Shown here in pieces: positions 1 to 9,674 of a stretch of 35,267 nucleotides of DNA (positions are counted from its first letter, which is position 1; each line of letters opens with the position of its first letter). The position numbers and the translations under genes were made by a program. The DNA is taken from positions 1 through 35,267 of the IMG/VR virus record IMGVR_UViG_3300033475_000102. The stretch is one strand, 5' to 3'. A model generated the notes under the pieces. It did no database searches. It saw only the letters and a list, made by a program, of their open reading frames with translations, and was not told the origin of the DNA. Source of the DNA: a virus (taxonomy: Duplodnaviria > Caudoviricetes).

Positions 1-1
1 C

Positions 2-1435
2 CGCTTGACCGAAAGCAGCCGTGGACATATTGCCGATAGCGGTATTGGCATTATTGGCGCCCACCGACTTATCGAGCGCGAGGTAGTTGCGCCATTGCTG
101 GCGTGCGATCTGCCAGTCCTTCACCTGATCGGCCGGCAAGGAGCGCTCCATAGCGCCATCCAGGGCATCGATCATGCCGCCGATCGCCTGCTTGTCGGTG
201 CCGCTGGCCGTTGCCAGTTGAGCGCTGAGCTTGCTGCGGATGTTCTTATAAGTCGTGCCGTCAAGGGTCACGTTCTGCACGCCCGGCTGGTTACGGACAG
301 TTGCCGCTTGAGCAAGTTCGTCCAGCTTCTTTGTGACGGAAGCCGGCATTTGATCTGCCAACTGCTTGCTGAAATCCGCCTTGGCGTTGGCGATATCGGC
401 GTCGAACTTCGGATCAATTGAAACAGTGGTGCTGTTTTCGAGGTTATTGAAACTGCGCCCGATGCGATCCTTGGTCGCCGTCAAAACATCAGGAGTCGCC
501 GCAGTCGCACCATACGTCCCCGCCTTCTCCAAGGCCGCGCGCTGGAAGCTATTGCGATTGGCAATCTCGGTGTCGGCAACATCCCGGCCAAGGAAAGGCA
601 CAGGAGTCTTGGTCGCGGCACTCTCAAGCGTCTGAAGCTTGGGGCTGTCGAGGATCTTGCCGGCAGTCAGTGGGCCGAGGTTGTTCTGGCGCCCGAACTC
701 TAGAAGCGCCCTGTGCTCCGCATCCTGCGTCGAGGCTGCTGGAGCCGCGCTTACCGTACGCTGCGCCCCATGCGCAAGAATAGGCAACGCAAAAGAGGTC
801 GCAGCCCCGAGATATGGATTGTCCGTCTCGTTGCCGACAATGTTACCGGCCGCCGTAAATGCGGTCTGCGCTATCGGGCTAGTCGAAAGAGCCTTGCCGA
901 CCGTCTGTCCATAAGTGGGCGCGGCGACGCGAAAACCCTGCACGGCGGGAGCCGCTGTGCGTGCCAACATGCCGCCCGGAACGGCGCTGGACGCAACATT
1001 GCCGATCGCCTCGCCTGTAGCGAGTGCCGCGCGTTCTCCTATCGTCTCTGGCGTGATATTCGGCGTGTACGTGATGCCGTTTCTATCGCGCATCTCGTTG
1101 CCGGCGTTCTGGATTTGCTGGCTAGGCAGCGGGGTATTTTCCGGAGAAATCCCCAGCAGTTTGGCAAGTCGGCCGGATGCATCGCCTAGGAAGGTTGCAC
1201 CCTGAAATAGCCCGGAATTGATGCCCTGCGGGATGGCCGTAAGGAAACGCGTCGCGCGTTCGCTGAAGGGACGATCGGGCGGCGCAGCGGGTGCCATCTT
1301 CCACCAACTATCGCTATCCGTGGGTGCTTGCGGGGCCGACAAAGGGATATCTGGGCCACCCGATACCTTCGGTGCGTCCGGGTTTGGGCTATAGAGTTTC
1401 GTTCCCGCGACCGGCGCCTCATCCCACCAGCTCAT
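2..1435 (-). CDS. Large DNA-ejection/internal virion protein (P22 gp16-like position), truncated by window edge
   Basis: Not in the ORF track. I translated it manually: ATG at 1435 overlaps the upstream stop (ATGA) and the frame stays open to the window edge (MSWWDEAPVAGTKLY...WQIARQQWRNYLALDKSVG...). It is Ala/Gly-rich and follows the other ejection genes. Confidence 0.75.
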   Translation of the reverse strand, partial: MSWWDEAPVAGTKLYSPNPDAPKVSGGPDIPLSAPQAPTDSDSWWKMAPAAPPDRPFSERATRFLTAIPQGINSGLFQGATFLGDASGRLAKLLGISPENTPLPSQQIQNAGNEMRDRNGITYTPNITPETIGERAALATGEAIGNVASSAVPGGMLARTAAPAVQGFRVAAPTYGQTVGKALSTSPIAQTAFTAAGNIVGNETDNPYLGAATSFALPILAHGAQRTVSAAPAASTQDAEHRALLEFGRQNNLGPLTAGKILDSPKLQTLESAATKTPVPFLGRDVADTEIANRNSFQRAALEKAGTYGATAATPDVLTATKDRIGRSFNNLENSTTVSIDPKFDADIANAKADFSKQLADQMPASVTKKLDELAQAATVRNQPGVQNVTLDGTTYKNIRSKLSAQLATASGTDKQAIGGMIDALDGAMERSLPADQVKDWQIARQQWRNYLALDKSVGANNANTAIGNMSTAAFGQA

Positions 1436-3504
1436 GGCTTTACCCGCTGCGAGCCATCTGGTGCTGTGAAGACCGTTCCTCGCGGAAGTGAATCGTACTC
1501 CGTCTTACTCTTCGGTGCCGGCATATTGCCGGGCGTCTGCGCCTCGGTCTGTTGCCCGGGCGGAGCGGTCTTTTGTCCAGCAGAGTTGATCTTCCCCAAT
1601 GCATCCCTGGCTTCCGGGTTGATGTAATTCTGCCAAGTCTTTTCCGGGATGTTGTACGCCTTCGCCCGCTCCTGAAGATTCTTGATCTGCGCATAGAGAG
1701 CGTTGGACCACGTTTTGGCGATACCGATCGCCTGTGCTGGCGAATGGGCGTCACTGAGAGCGGCCACGTTGCGGTCCACTTCGGCCTCGTTAAGCGTGCC
1801 AGCACCTTTGACAGCCTTCGCAACCTCTGCAGCGAGAATGCCCGCAAGCGCCTCAGCGTTGGTGGCGCGCGGATCACCGCTCTGCGTGCGGTACTCGTTG
1901 ACGATGCGATTGACCAATGGCGTGTTGCCGTTCTTCAAGGCATCCATCAGGTCAAGATACTGCGAGAGATGCTGAGGAGCGGCGTTAAGAGCATTCAGCT
2001 TCACCAAGCCCGGGCCATGCGCCAAGTCTTCCTCAAACGCCTTACGCGATGGGCCAAGTGTGGTGCTGAAGTCCGGATCGATCTGCTTAGCAAGCGCCAT
2101 CAAGTTGACACGCGACGTATCGATGCCGGCCTGTTGTGCCCTGTTCGGCAAGTCCTGAACGGAGATAGACCCGTCGAGCAGCCCTGACATCAGGTTTTGT
2201 GTACCCGGCGGCAACGTCTTCACGAAATCCTGCCCGTGCAGGCTGCGGTTCTCCCAGGGAATGCCGCCCTGAGCGTCGGTCACAAGCTTGCGAACGTCGT
2301 CGAACTTACCCTCGTTGAGAGCCGACTGAATGTTCGCCCGATCGACCATCGGTAGTGACATTACGAAGCTTTGGAACTCCGAGGTTTTATAGGGCGCGCT
2401 GGCCTCTGCGTAATGCTTCTCCGCGTCACTCTTCGCCTTAGCGGCAGCCGGGATTGTGGGGTTGATGACGGGATTGCCGTTCGCGTCGAGATTCACCGGA
2501 TTGTTGGCAATCTGGTTCTTCGTCTTAAATTGTTCTACCTGCGCATTGTATCGCTTCCAGGCATCTTCCTGCAGCTTGTTAAGGTAACCAGCGCGAGCTG
2601 TGCCGAGGGCGCCATACGTCGGCCCGGCTAACCCAAGCATCGCGAGCCGCGAGGTATCGGGCGGTGGCCCGGGCATCGGCGGCATGCCGTTGGGCTGCGG
2701 AGCGGCCTGCGGCTGCGCTTGCGGCGGCGCTCCAGCACTGGCACCCGGCAGATAGTCGCTAACTGGACGAACGGCCTTGTTGCCCTTCTCTGCCAGGTGA
2801 ACGCCGCGCGCAAACTGCGCCGCGATCTGCGGGTTACTTAGGTCGAGCGGTTGATTCGGATCGAGCCCTGAACCACGCGAGACGGTAAAAGCCCACGCAT
2901 TGGGATCGTTCGCCCCGTCTCCCGTCGGCGCCCATCGCTGAGCGATCTGCGTGATGCTCATTGGCTGGCCGCCATTGAACGCCTTGGGATAGGCGCGCGC
3001 ATTGTTGACGGTTAGTGCCACGCCCGAATTGAAATCAGGTACTGTCTGGAAGCCCGTCGATTGTCCATTCGGCCGCACATTCCCGATGTTGTTATCGGTC
3101 GGACCGCTACCCGGACCTAAAACTGGAGGCTGTACGTTAAATCCGGGACCGTTGGACGACGAGCCGCCCGTCCCAGTCAGGCCATATTTCTCCGGATGCT
3201 CCATGACATCCTTCTGGATGCCAAGCTGGTTCTCTATCATGCGGGACTGCAGATCGATCTGCCTTTCCTGCATGTTCTTATAGCCGGCGTTCAGCTCATA
3301 GTTCTTGCGCGCGAGGTCGTAATTCAGCCCACGGTTGACGACGTTGTTGTAGCTGTTCTGGAACGCCTCTGCGCCGGGAGCCACGCCGAAATAGAACGGC
3401 AGATTACGCGAAGCCGCCGCACCGATGCCCGAGCCAAGCCCGGTCAGCATCATGCCGAGGGTGCTCAGCTTATCCGGCAAATATGGATTGCTGGGATCGG
3501 CCAT
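1432..3504 (-). CDS. DNA-ejection/internal virion protein with lysozyme-like (NNxGN...RWAP) domain
   Basis: 690 aa. Internal segment NNIGNVR...ITQIAQRWAPTGDGANDPNAWAFTV...LDLSNP...AEKG (2782-3093) resembles virion-associated muralytic domains. Position is in the ejection cluster. Confidence 0.7.
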   Translation of the reverse strand: MADPSNPYLPDKLSTLGMMLTGLGSGIGAAASRNLPFYFGVAPGAEAFQNSYNNVVNRGLNYDLARKNYELNAGYKNMQERQIDLQSRMIENQLGIQKDVMEHPEKYGLTGTGGSSSNGPGFNVQPPVLGPGSGPTDNNIGNVRPNGQSTGFQTVPDFNSGVALTVNNARAYPKAFNGGQPMSITQIAQRWAPTGDGANDPNAWAFTVSRGSGLDPNQPLDLSNPQIAAQFARGVHLAEKGNKAVRPVSDYLPGASAGAPPQAQPQAAPQPNGMPPMPGPPPDTSRLAMLGLAGPTYGALGTARAGYLNKLQEDAWKRYNAQVEQFKTKNQIANNPVNLDANGNPVINPTIPAAAKAKSDAEKHYAEASAPYKTSEFQSFVMSLPMVDRANIQSALNEGKFDDVRKLVTDAQGGIPWENRSLHGQDFVKTLPPGTQNLMSGLLDGSISVQDLPNRAQQAGIDTSRVNLMALAKQIDPDFSTTLGPSRKAFEEDLAHGPGLVKLNALNAAPQHLSQYLDLMDALKNGNTPLVNRIVNEYRTQSGDPRATNAEALAGILAAEVAKAVKGAGTLNEAEVDRNVAALSDAHSPAQAIGIAKTWSNALYAQIKNLQERAKAYNIPEKTWQNYINPEARDALGKINSAGQKTAPPGQQTEAQTPGNMPAPKSKTEYDSLPRGTVFTAPDGSQRVKP

Positions 3505-3965
3505 TAGAATAGACCACTAATCCAGTTGCCGAGACCACTAAACAAGCCACCGCCGGATTGAGTCGTAGGCATCGCCTGATTAAGCGCCTGTTGAATGGCT
3601 TGCTCGTGCGGGTCCTGTGAATTGAAGATAGTCGGCTGCGCGTTCGGATTGCCGCTCATCGGGTCAATGCCAGCGCCATAGCCGCCCAAGTCGGCATCGC
3701 CGGCAGTACGGCTCGGCTCTGAGCCAGAAGAGGAAGGCACCCAACCTGCCGAATGTCTCATCCCTGCCAGGCCGCCCAGCATTCCGCTCATCTGCGAGGG
3801 ATCGAAGCCCGGCTGCTGTTGCGGTTGCGGCACGTTCATTCCCATTAGCGGCGGCGCACGAAAGCCCGGCTGTAACTGCTGCGGCGAGATCGGGCCAAGG
3901 GCAGTCGGAGAGCGTTGCGCCTGTTGGGCCGCCTGCAGGAGAGCAAGGAGGTTCGTCGGGTCCAT
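3504..3965 (-). CDS. Low-complexity Q/P/G-rich virion-cluster protein
   Basis: 153 aa, coupled to the downstream gene (TAATG) and abutting the upstream stop; ends GLF. Confidence 0.65.
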   Translation of the reverse strand: MDPTNLLALLQAAQQAQRSPTALGPISPQQLQPGFRAPPLMGMNVPQPQQQPGFDPSQMSGMLGGLAGMRHSAGWVPSSSGSEPSRTAGDADLGGYGAGIDPMSGNPNAQPTIFNSQDPHEQAIQQALNQAMPTTQSGGGLFSGLGNWISGLF

Positions 3966-4361
3966 TTAGAACAGACCTTGGCCGTTTTGCATGAACGGCA
4001 TCCCATAGGGTTGCCCTTGCATCATCGGAGGCGGCATTGCACCAGGAGGTGGCCCCTGCCCCGGCATCATTGGCGGCATCCCGGGTGGCATACCCGGTGG
4101 AAGGCCTTGTGGCTGCATCTGTTGCTGCACCGCTTGCGGCGCCTGGGGAAAGGGCATTCCCGGTATACCCTGCGGCATCTGGAGAGCAGGCATGCTGGAA
4201 ATCTGCGGCGGCGCAGGCCCCAAACCCGTAGGCATCGGATAAGCAGGTGCGTTGCTTCCAAACTGGGGAAGAGAAGGCATACCCTGCGGCAACTGAAAGC
4301 CCGGGGGCGGCGAAGGGGGCGTCATCCCCTGGAAGCCTGGAAAAGCAGGTGCTTGGGCCAT
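3966..4361 (-). CDS. Pro/Gln/Met/Gly-rich disordered protein
   Basis: 131 aa, TAATG coupling to the upstream gene, no charged residues, ends GLF. Confidence 0.65.
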   Translation of the reverse strand: MAQAPAFPGFQGMTPPSPPPGFQLPQGMPSLPQFGSNAPAYPMPTGLGPAPPQISSMPALQMPQGIPGMPFPQAPQAVQQQMQPQGLPPGMPPGMPPMMPGQGPPPGAMPPPMMQGQPYGMPFMQNGQGLF

Positions 4362-5491
4362 TAGAACAATCCTAGCGCTTTCTGATAGTTGACCTTCAGG
4401 AAGCCCGAAGGATCTAGCTCAACGGCCTCGGGTTTCGTCTGTGCAACTTCCTGTGCCATCAAGCCGACCCGGGGAGTGCGGTCACCCTTGTAGTGGTAGT
4501 AATAGATATTCTGGCCGTCGTGCGTCTTGCCGATTGGCGCGATGTTTTCCTTAAGCCGCACATCGGAGAACAGAGATGCCGCCTGAAGACCAAGACCGAT
4601 GCCACCCATGGCGCCGCTCATGATGCCGCCGAGTTGGTTGGTGGGCTGATAAGTAGTCCCCGTCGATGTCCCGCTCGACGAACCACCCGGATATCCGCCA
4701 TTCAGGATGGCCATGTACTGCGCCATGTAGTTGGGATAGGCGTTCGAGTTGTAGTTATAGGCCGCTTGCGCCGCCGCATCCTGGGCCTGACGGTTCTGGT
4801 CGATCATCGTTCCAGCCGCCGACTGCGCATTTATATTGTTCAACTGCGCCTGATTGGCCCCCGGTACTAGGCTATTGGCCGTCAGCATCTGGTTTAGCGC
4901 TTGCTGGTAATACTGTGAGCCCGCTTGGGCATCTGCATTGTTGATTGTCGTATCGAGGTTCTTAACCGCCTGCTGCGTGGCATTCTGGTTGGCACCCGAG
5001 CCATACCGCCCCGCTCCCTCGAAGCCGCTCTGCACGCCCGGTAGGATCTGATTGTTGAACTGGTCGATATACGGCTGGTGAGAGGCCGACAGCGCCTTCA
5101 GATAATCTGGATTAGTTGTCGGATCGACATAAGCGCCAGACGTGAACTTGTTCAGCGACGCGGCCGACCCCGGCAGCATCGGATTATTGTTCGCCCAATT
5201 CGTGGCGTTAGAAATCGCGTTCTGCGTCGTGCCAGAGAGCGGCGCAACCGTCTCGCCCGAGTAGTATTGGGGCGCGTTCGGGTTCTGCTGATAGTAGTCG
5301 CTGACGCTCTGGATGGCGCTTTTCAGGTACGGCTGCAGGTAAGACGGCGGCCCCGTCTCGCTCTGCTGCGTCTGCTGCTGCGTTGAGGTCTGACCACCGC
5401 CGCCATTCAGGATATGCGCATTCCTTACCGGATGATCGGCATACGGATCGCTTAAGAGAGCTTCAAAACCAGTATCGAGATCGAGGCGCAT
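4361..5491 (-). CDS. Pilot/ejection protein (P22 gp7-like) with C-terminal peptidase S74 autocleaving chaperone domain
   Basis: GGGGQTSTQQ N-terminal motif, Q/N/A-rich body, Gly-rich hydrophobic tail, then SDVRLKENI...YYYHYK...GLMAQEV...KVNY, the S74 signature (4361-4567). Confidence 0.8.
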   Translation of the reverse strand: MRLDLDTGFEALLSDPYADHPVRNAHILNGGGGQTSTQQQTQQSETGPPSYLQPYLKSAIQSVSDYYQQNPNAPQYYSGETVAPLSGTTQNAISNATNWANNNPMLPGSAASLNKFTSGAYVDPTTNPDYLKALSASHQPYIDQFNNQILPGVQSGFEGAGRYGSGANQNATQQAVKNLDTTINNADAQAGSQYYQQALNQMLTANSLVPGANQAQLNNINAQSAAGTMIDQNRQAQDAAAQAAYNYNSNAYPNYMAQYMAILNGGYPGGSSSGTSTGTTYQPTNQLGGIMSGAMGGIGLGLQAASLFSDVRLKENIAPIGKTHDGQNIYYYHYKGDRTPRVGLMAQEVAQTKPEAVELDPSGFLKVNYQKALGLF

Positions 5492-5922
5492 CAGATGTCA
5501 CGCCTCCACGTCGGGAAGCCGTTACGGGCTTCAATAGGCACAAAGCCAAAGCGCGCCGCCCGACGACCCCAGCCTCTCTTGGAGCTGGTCGTCAGCGCGC
5601 AGCAGCCCTCGCCCTTGGCCCAAGGAATCAGTTTGGAAAGGAAGTCTTCAGCCCAGCTAAGCAAGTGCGAACCACCGATAAGCCAGATGTGGCAATGGAG
5701 TTCGCCGCTTGTCTCTTCGCGCAATAAACGCGTAAGGATGCCGGCTACTGCGATATTTTTATCGTATATCAGCCAGCTTTGGCAAGCGTTTTGACGTATG
5801 GACGCCAGTAGGCTTGCGGGAGTGGGTTTTTCGTCTGAATGGCGTAACGCACGCTCCAGAAAGGGCCACAGATAGGGCCACGCCAGTTCGATATACATGG
5901 GGTTTATGCCGGTCGCGATCAA
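5491..5922 (-). CDS. Putative GNAT-fold virion assembly protein (P22 gp14/T7 gp13-like position)
   Basis: Start re-assigned to the TTG overlapping the upstream TGA. Motif LHCHIWLIGG...WAKGEGC...KRGWGR...FGF; lies just before the pilot gene. Confidence 0.6.
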   Translation of the reverse strand: MIATGINPMYIELAWPYLWPFLERALRHSDEKPTPASLLASIRQNACQSWLIYDKNIAVAGILTRLLREETSGELHCHIWLIGGSHLLSWAEDFLSKLIPWAKGEGCCALTTSSKRGWGRRAARFGFVPIEARNGFPTWRRDI

Positions 5923-6356
5923 AGCTTGGCGGCAGCAGTGAAAGCCGCATCCACATCCGCAGAAGACATGCCGATAGCAGCCGCCATCTGATTGAGGAGC
6001 GGATCGGTGCGGTTGAACGTCCCTGCCCCGTACCAAAGCTCTAGCGTGAGGCCGCCAGCTTGGGAAACTGCCGCTTGTGCCGCTGTGAGCCTGCCTAAGA
6101 CATCCAGTTGTCGCTTGAGTTGGGCGTTCGTGACCGAGGTGGGAATGGCAAGAGCCGCGACCGTCTTCGCATCGACCGTTAAGGTTCCATCGACCGCAAG
6201 CCGCCAAGCCTGCATTGGAGCATCTGGGAGCGTAGAGTTATCGACGATGAACGACGGCGATGGACAGAGCGCCTGTGCATCCTCTGCCGTCATCCCGCCC
6301 GGTGGGGTGAAGGCCACCACGTTGCCGCTGGGATCATTGTAAATGATCACGTCCAT
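5919..6356 (-). CDS. Tail fibre-associated/assembly protein
   Basis: Start re-assigned to MDVIIY (TGATG coupling). C-terminal motif PTSVTNAQLK...WYGAGTFNRTDPLL...DVDAAFTAAAKL is typical of genes following tail fibres. Confidence 0.6.
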   Translation of the reverse strand: MDVIIYNDPSGNVVAFTPPGGMTAEDAQALCPSPSFIVDNSTLPDAPMQAWRLAVDGTLTVDAKTVAALAIPTSVTNAQLKRQLDVLGRLTAAQAAVSQAGGLTLELWYGAGTFNRTDPLLNQMAAAIGMSSADVDAAFTAAAKL

Positions 6357-7117
6357 CAGCCGATCCTCACGGCCCAGACGGAGCAATCTTTGCTCGTCCC
6401 GCTGGCGTTGAAGATCATCCCGCCGTCTGTGCGGGTGGCGGCGAGGCCGCTCATCCGGATATTCCCCGGCGGGCTTGTGAAGATACCCCCCAAGGAAATG
6501 CTTCCGGCTGATGCGCCAGCCGAAATACTCACCTGAGATGCGGCCACGACATTGGTTCCGTCGTGAAGCTTGGCGCGTATCGTGTCTCCAGCCGCGCCCG
6601 TCACAAACGAAAGCGTGCCTCCCGCCAGCCATAGTCCGGATGCTCCCTGAGCAATACTTGGGCCATCAACCCATGTAGCTGCTGGAGTGATTGTTACGTT
6701 AGCTCCGAGAACGGCGGTTATCTTTGACAAAAGGGGACGCGGAGCATTGATGACAAACGTCGGCGTTCCGCTAGTAACAGACGCAACGATGACCTCAACC
6801 CATGATCCAGCCGCAATGGCCCCCACAACCAGCGGAGTGCCGTCCGGATAGGTGATCGTGCCCGCCGTCAGTCCGTTCACCGCTAGCGTTGGCGCCGTTC
6901 CCGTGTTGGCATTTACCGCCTTGAAGACGAACTCCTGACCAACCTCGTACATCTTGATCCCAGGCACGGGAGCGATGACGTAGGCCGTTCCAGAGCCTGT
7001 ATCCGTGCCAATGATCGGCGCCTTGCGATCCTGCCGGTTGAACTCCCGCACCAGCCGGTTGACGGTCGTCGAGATATCTGTGTTCGGCGGCGATTTCTGT
7101 AGGGCCGGAAGACTCAT
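6356..7117 (-). CDS. Tail fibre/spike-like structural protein
   Basis: TGSGTAY...FVFKAVNANTG...TLAVNGL...DG motif common in tail-fibre proteins; beta-rich Gly/Thr/Ala C-terminal part. Confidence 0.65.
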   Translation of the reverse strand: MSLPALQKSPPNTDISTTVNRLVREFNRQDRKAPIIGTDTGSGTAYVIAPVPGIKMYEVGQEFVFKAVNANTGTAPTLAVNGLTAGTITYPDGTPLVVGAIAAGSWVEVIVASVTSGTPTFVINAPRPLLSKITAVLGANVTITPAATWVDGPSIAQGASGLWLAGGTLSFVTGAAGDTIRAKLHDGTNVVAASQVSISAGASAGSISLGGIFTSPPGNIRMSGLAATRTDGGMIFNASGTSKDCSVWAVRIG

Positions 7118-8580
7118 CGTCCGCCCACTGGCCTAAAATCCAGATCATCCACGCCTTGGGCGTTGGTCCATGTCGACGAAGCCGGGATCGTGGCCCGAAT
7201 ACGAAAATACCGCCCGCTTCGACGAAGTGGTGCCAGCCCATAAGAGGTGACGTTCGACGGATTGGTATAGACGACGGCCGATTGCTGGTTCTCTCGCCAT
7301 CCCGCCAATATCTGCGGCGGGCCGCCATCAATCAGCGGACGGCAGGACCTCAGCGTGACCCTCCTACCACCACCGGGATTGATTTCTGCTGTCTCGATCG
7401 TGGCCGCGAGGATTGCGCCATTGAACGCCCCCGCCTTATGGCTTGTATCGAAGCCCCCCAGCAAAAGGGCCGCTGCGCCATTCCAGAACGAGCTATCCAG
7501 CGAGAACGGGAGGGTTTCGAGCGTGCCGAAGGGGTCTAACTGCTCCAGCGTGTAGCTCTGCTGGCTGATAGAGCTGAACAGCAGTTCCGTTGTCACAAAA
7601 GCGCGCGACCACTTCTCGGTGCGGACGTTGTAAATCAACAGCCGGTTCGGAACGCCGTTGTTGCCGTTTGCTGGGTAGGCAAAGACGTACAAACCGCGTG
7701 AGGCGTCGAAGGCGGCAGAGCTACGGAAGTGATTCGCCTGGTCAAATTCCTTCCAGAAAGTCTTATCGACCTTCCCTCGCCCGATGGGTGTAATCTGCTG
7801 GCCACCCTGGATCATGTAGAAGCCGGACTGATGCAGGAAAATCGCCAGATCGGCCACGCCGGCAACGCTATTGGGAACTGATGTCCCCAGATCCTTGGCA
7901 ATCTTGTCGACCCGGAAGATGATGGGCGATCCTTCGTAGGTCATCCGGCGAATCGCCGTTTCCTGAAAGATCAGCCCGTATTCCCCGCCTAAGAGGCCCG
8001 TGATCTGGCCGCCATCAGGCTCGTCATTGAAGTCCGATTGCGTTGCGGGGTCGCTCGCCGTCCATCCACCCTCGGCATTGTTGATGCTGGACCACTGAAT
8101 GCGCATTGGCTTCGCGGCGACATATCCCAACACCAGAAAGTCGTTCACCACGGCTACATATCTGGCCGTAGGAGGCGTTCCACCGAGAGCCGTCCAGTTG
8201 GTGCCAGCCGCTAAATCGAACTTCTGGACGGCATCTACGCCGTTTGTAGCGATAGCGAGAGAGCCGAACTGCTCGAAGCGCCAATTTTGATCCGCGCCGG
8301 TAGCGTATGCACCGCCGACGGTCCGAGTTACATCGCTCCATGTGGTGGACGAGAGCAGATAGAGCTTTGTCGCGTCTCCAGCGAAGGTCTTCTGTGTGCC
8401 ATCAGGGCACCGAAACCACGCCGCGCCCTGTGCCCTAGCTGTCAGGGCGTTCGTGATCGTCGAAAGCGACGCCAGGGGCGTATAGCTTTCTTCAGACGCG
8501 ACCACGTTGAGCGCTTCCCTCGCCCACTGGCTCAAATCCGGCATGTCGGGCCGCCATTCGGCGAATGGGACTGGCGGCAT
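7114..8580 (-). CDS. Tail nozzle/head-closure (stabilisation) protein
   Basis: 488 aa, beta-propeller-like (IQWSSINN, SDFNDEPDGGQITG); position after the adaptor in podovirus gene order. Confidence 0.75.
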   Translation of the reverse strand: MPPVPFAEWRPDMPDLSQWAREALNVVASEESYTPLASLSTITNALTARAQGAAWFRCPDGTQKTFAGDATKLYLLSSTTWSDVTRTVGGAYATGADQNWRFEQFGSLAIATNGVDAVQKFDLAAGTNWTALGGTPPTARYVAVVNDFLVLGYVAAKPMRIQWSSINNAEGGWTASDPATQSDFNDEPDGGQITGLLGGEYGLIFQETAIRRMTYEGSPIIFRVDKIAKDLGTSVPNSVAGVADLAIFLHQSGFYMIQGGQQITPIGRGKVDKTFWKEFDQANHFRSSAAFDASRGLYVFAYPANGNNGVPNRLLIYNVRTEKWSRAFVTTELLFSSISQQSYTLEQLDPFGTLETLPFSLDSSFWNGAAALLLGGFDTSHKAGAFNGAILAATIETAEINPGGGRRVTLRSCRPLIDGGPPQILAGWRENQQSAVVYTNPSNVTSYGLAPLRRSGRYFRIRATIPASSTWTNAQGVDDLDFRPVGGR

Positions 8581-9267
8581 TTAAGGGGTCCAGCCTCTAA
8601 CCTTCATGCGCACGTTCTGCGCTGCAGCCAAACGACGGCTCATCGCACGGGTGTTTAGAGCCCCAGCCGCCGACGAATAGAGGGCGCCATACTTCGAGGC
8701 CGATTCGAAGTCCTGAGTGAAAAGCGCCGCCTCCAGTAGGCAGCCGTTGAGATAAACAGACGGCGAGTTGGTCAAAATCCAGTTGGCGGGATTGGTTCCT
8801 GAGGGCGTCGTGAGCGCGCCGTAGTAGCGAATGGTCCCGGTGTAGACATTCGTTCCCGGATCGGGCCACAGGCGGAAATTGTTGCCCGAAAGAGCGATAT
8901 ATCGAGCCGAACCCGTATCGAACGGGCTCATGCTGTCGATAATGCTCTCCTCGACAATCGTCAGAGGAGCGGGACCACCAGACGCCGAGGCGTTTACCTG
9001 TGCTTCTATAAGCTCCAGCAAGCCCGTCGGCTGCGCCACGTTCTGGGTCAAGGCAAAGCTGGCGTTGGTCTGGTACATCTCCGGAATGCGGATGGCTTCC
9101 ATAGGTGGAAGCACGCCCGGAACAGCATCGGACCCGTAGTACATGCGGGTTTCACACAGGGCGATGAAGTCGTCGGCCCGATTGGCGATGTCCGTGTCAC
9201 CATCTCTCGACAGCCACGCCGCAACCGCTGCCGTCAGGCCCGTGTAGGCGGTGATATTGACGGTCAT
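8581..9267 (-). CDS. Head-tail adaptor protein
   Basis: ITAYTGLTAAVAAWLSR...FIALCE...NWILTNSPSVYLNGCLLEA matches the adaptor pattern found with DUF5309/SU10-type capsids. Confidence 0.8.
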   Translation of the reverse strand: MTVNITAYTGLTAAVAAWLSRDGDTDIANRADDFIALCETRMYYGSDAVPGVLPPMEAIRIPEMYQTNASFALTQNVAQPTGLLELIEAQVNASASGGPAPLTIVEESIIDSMSPFDTGSARYIALSGNNFRLWPDPGTNVYTGTIRYYGALTTPSGTNPANWILTNSPSVYLNGCLLEAALFTQDFESASKYGALYSSAAGALNTRAMSRRLAAAQNVRMKVRGWTP

Positions 9268-9674
9268 CAGATGGGCTCGAACAGTTTGCGCGCGGCAACC
9301 CGGCGCTCGACCTCAGCCTTGCTCACGCGGCGCTTCGATAGCACAGAATCGTCAGTCCGTAGCCAGCGCCATTCCGGCTCATCAAGGAGGCGATCAACGC
9401 GCTTCTGCATGTCGGGATCGGGGGACCAATAATCGATCCCGTACTCGTTGAACCACTTCTGGATAAAGATGAGCGGGATACTCGCCACCATGCGGTCGCC
9501 ATTGACCTGGCTCACTGGCGAATAGTGGTTCTGGCGCTCCTTGTTGAAATCCAGAATATTATGCGTGGTGTGCTGGGTCGTCTCGTACGCCCACTCTCCA
9601 TCGTGGAGGCGGTGAAACTTCCTCTCGATACCCGTCTGCGGGTTGTAATCGACCGTGGCGCTATAGCGCGACAT
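9267..9674 (-). CDS. Conserved phage protein downstream of capsid
   Basis: 135 aa, coupled on both sides; VASIPL...W...GID...LLDEPEWRWLRT motif. Confidence 0.65.
   Translation of the reverse strand: MSRYSATVDYNPQTGIERKFHRLHDGEWAYETTQHTTHNILDFNKERQNHYSPVSQVNGDRMVASIPLIFIQKWFNEYGIDYWSPDPDMQKRVDRLLDEPEWRWLRTDDSVLSKRRVSKAEVERRVAARKLFEPI

Noticed and set aside
5923-6632. Long N-terminal extensions in track ORFs 5491-6207 and 5919-6632
   Set aside because: They overlap upstream genes; coupled internal starts at 5922 and 6356 fit better.
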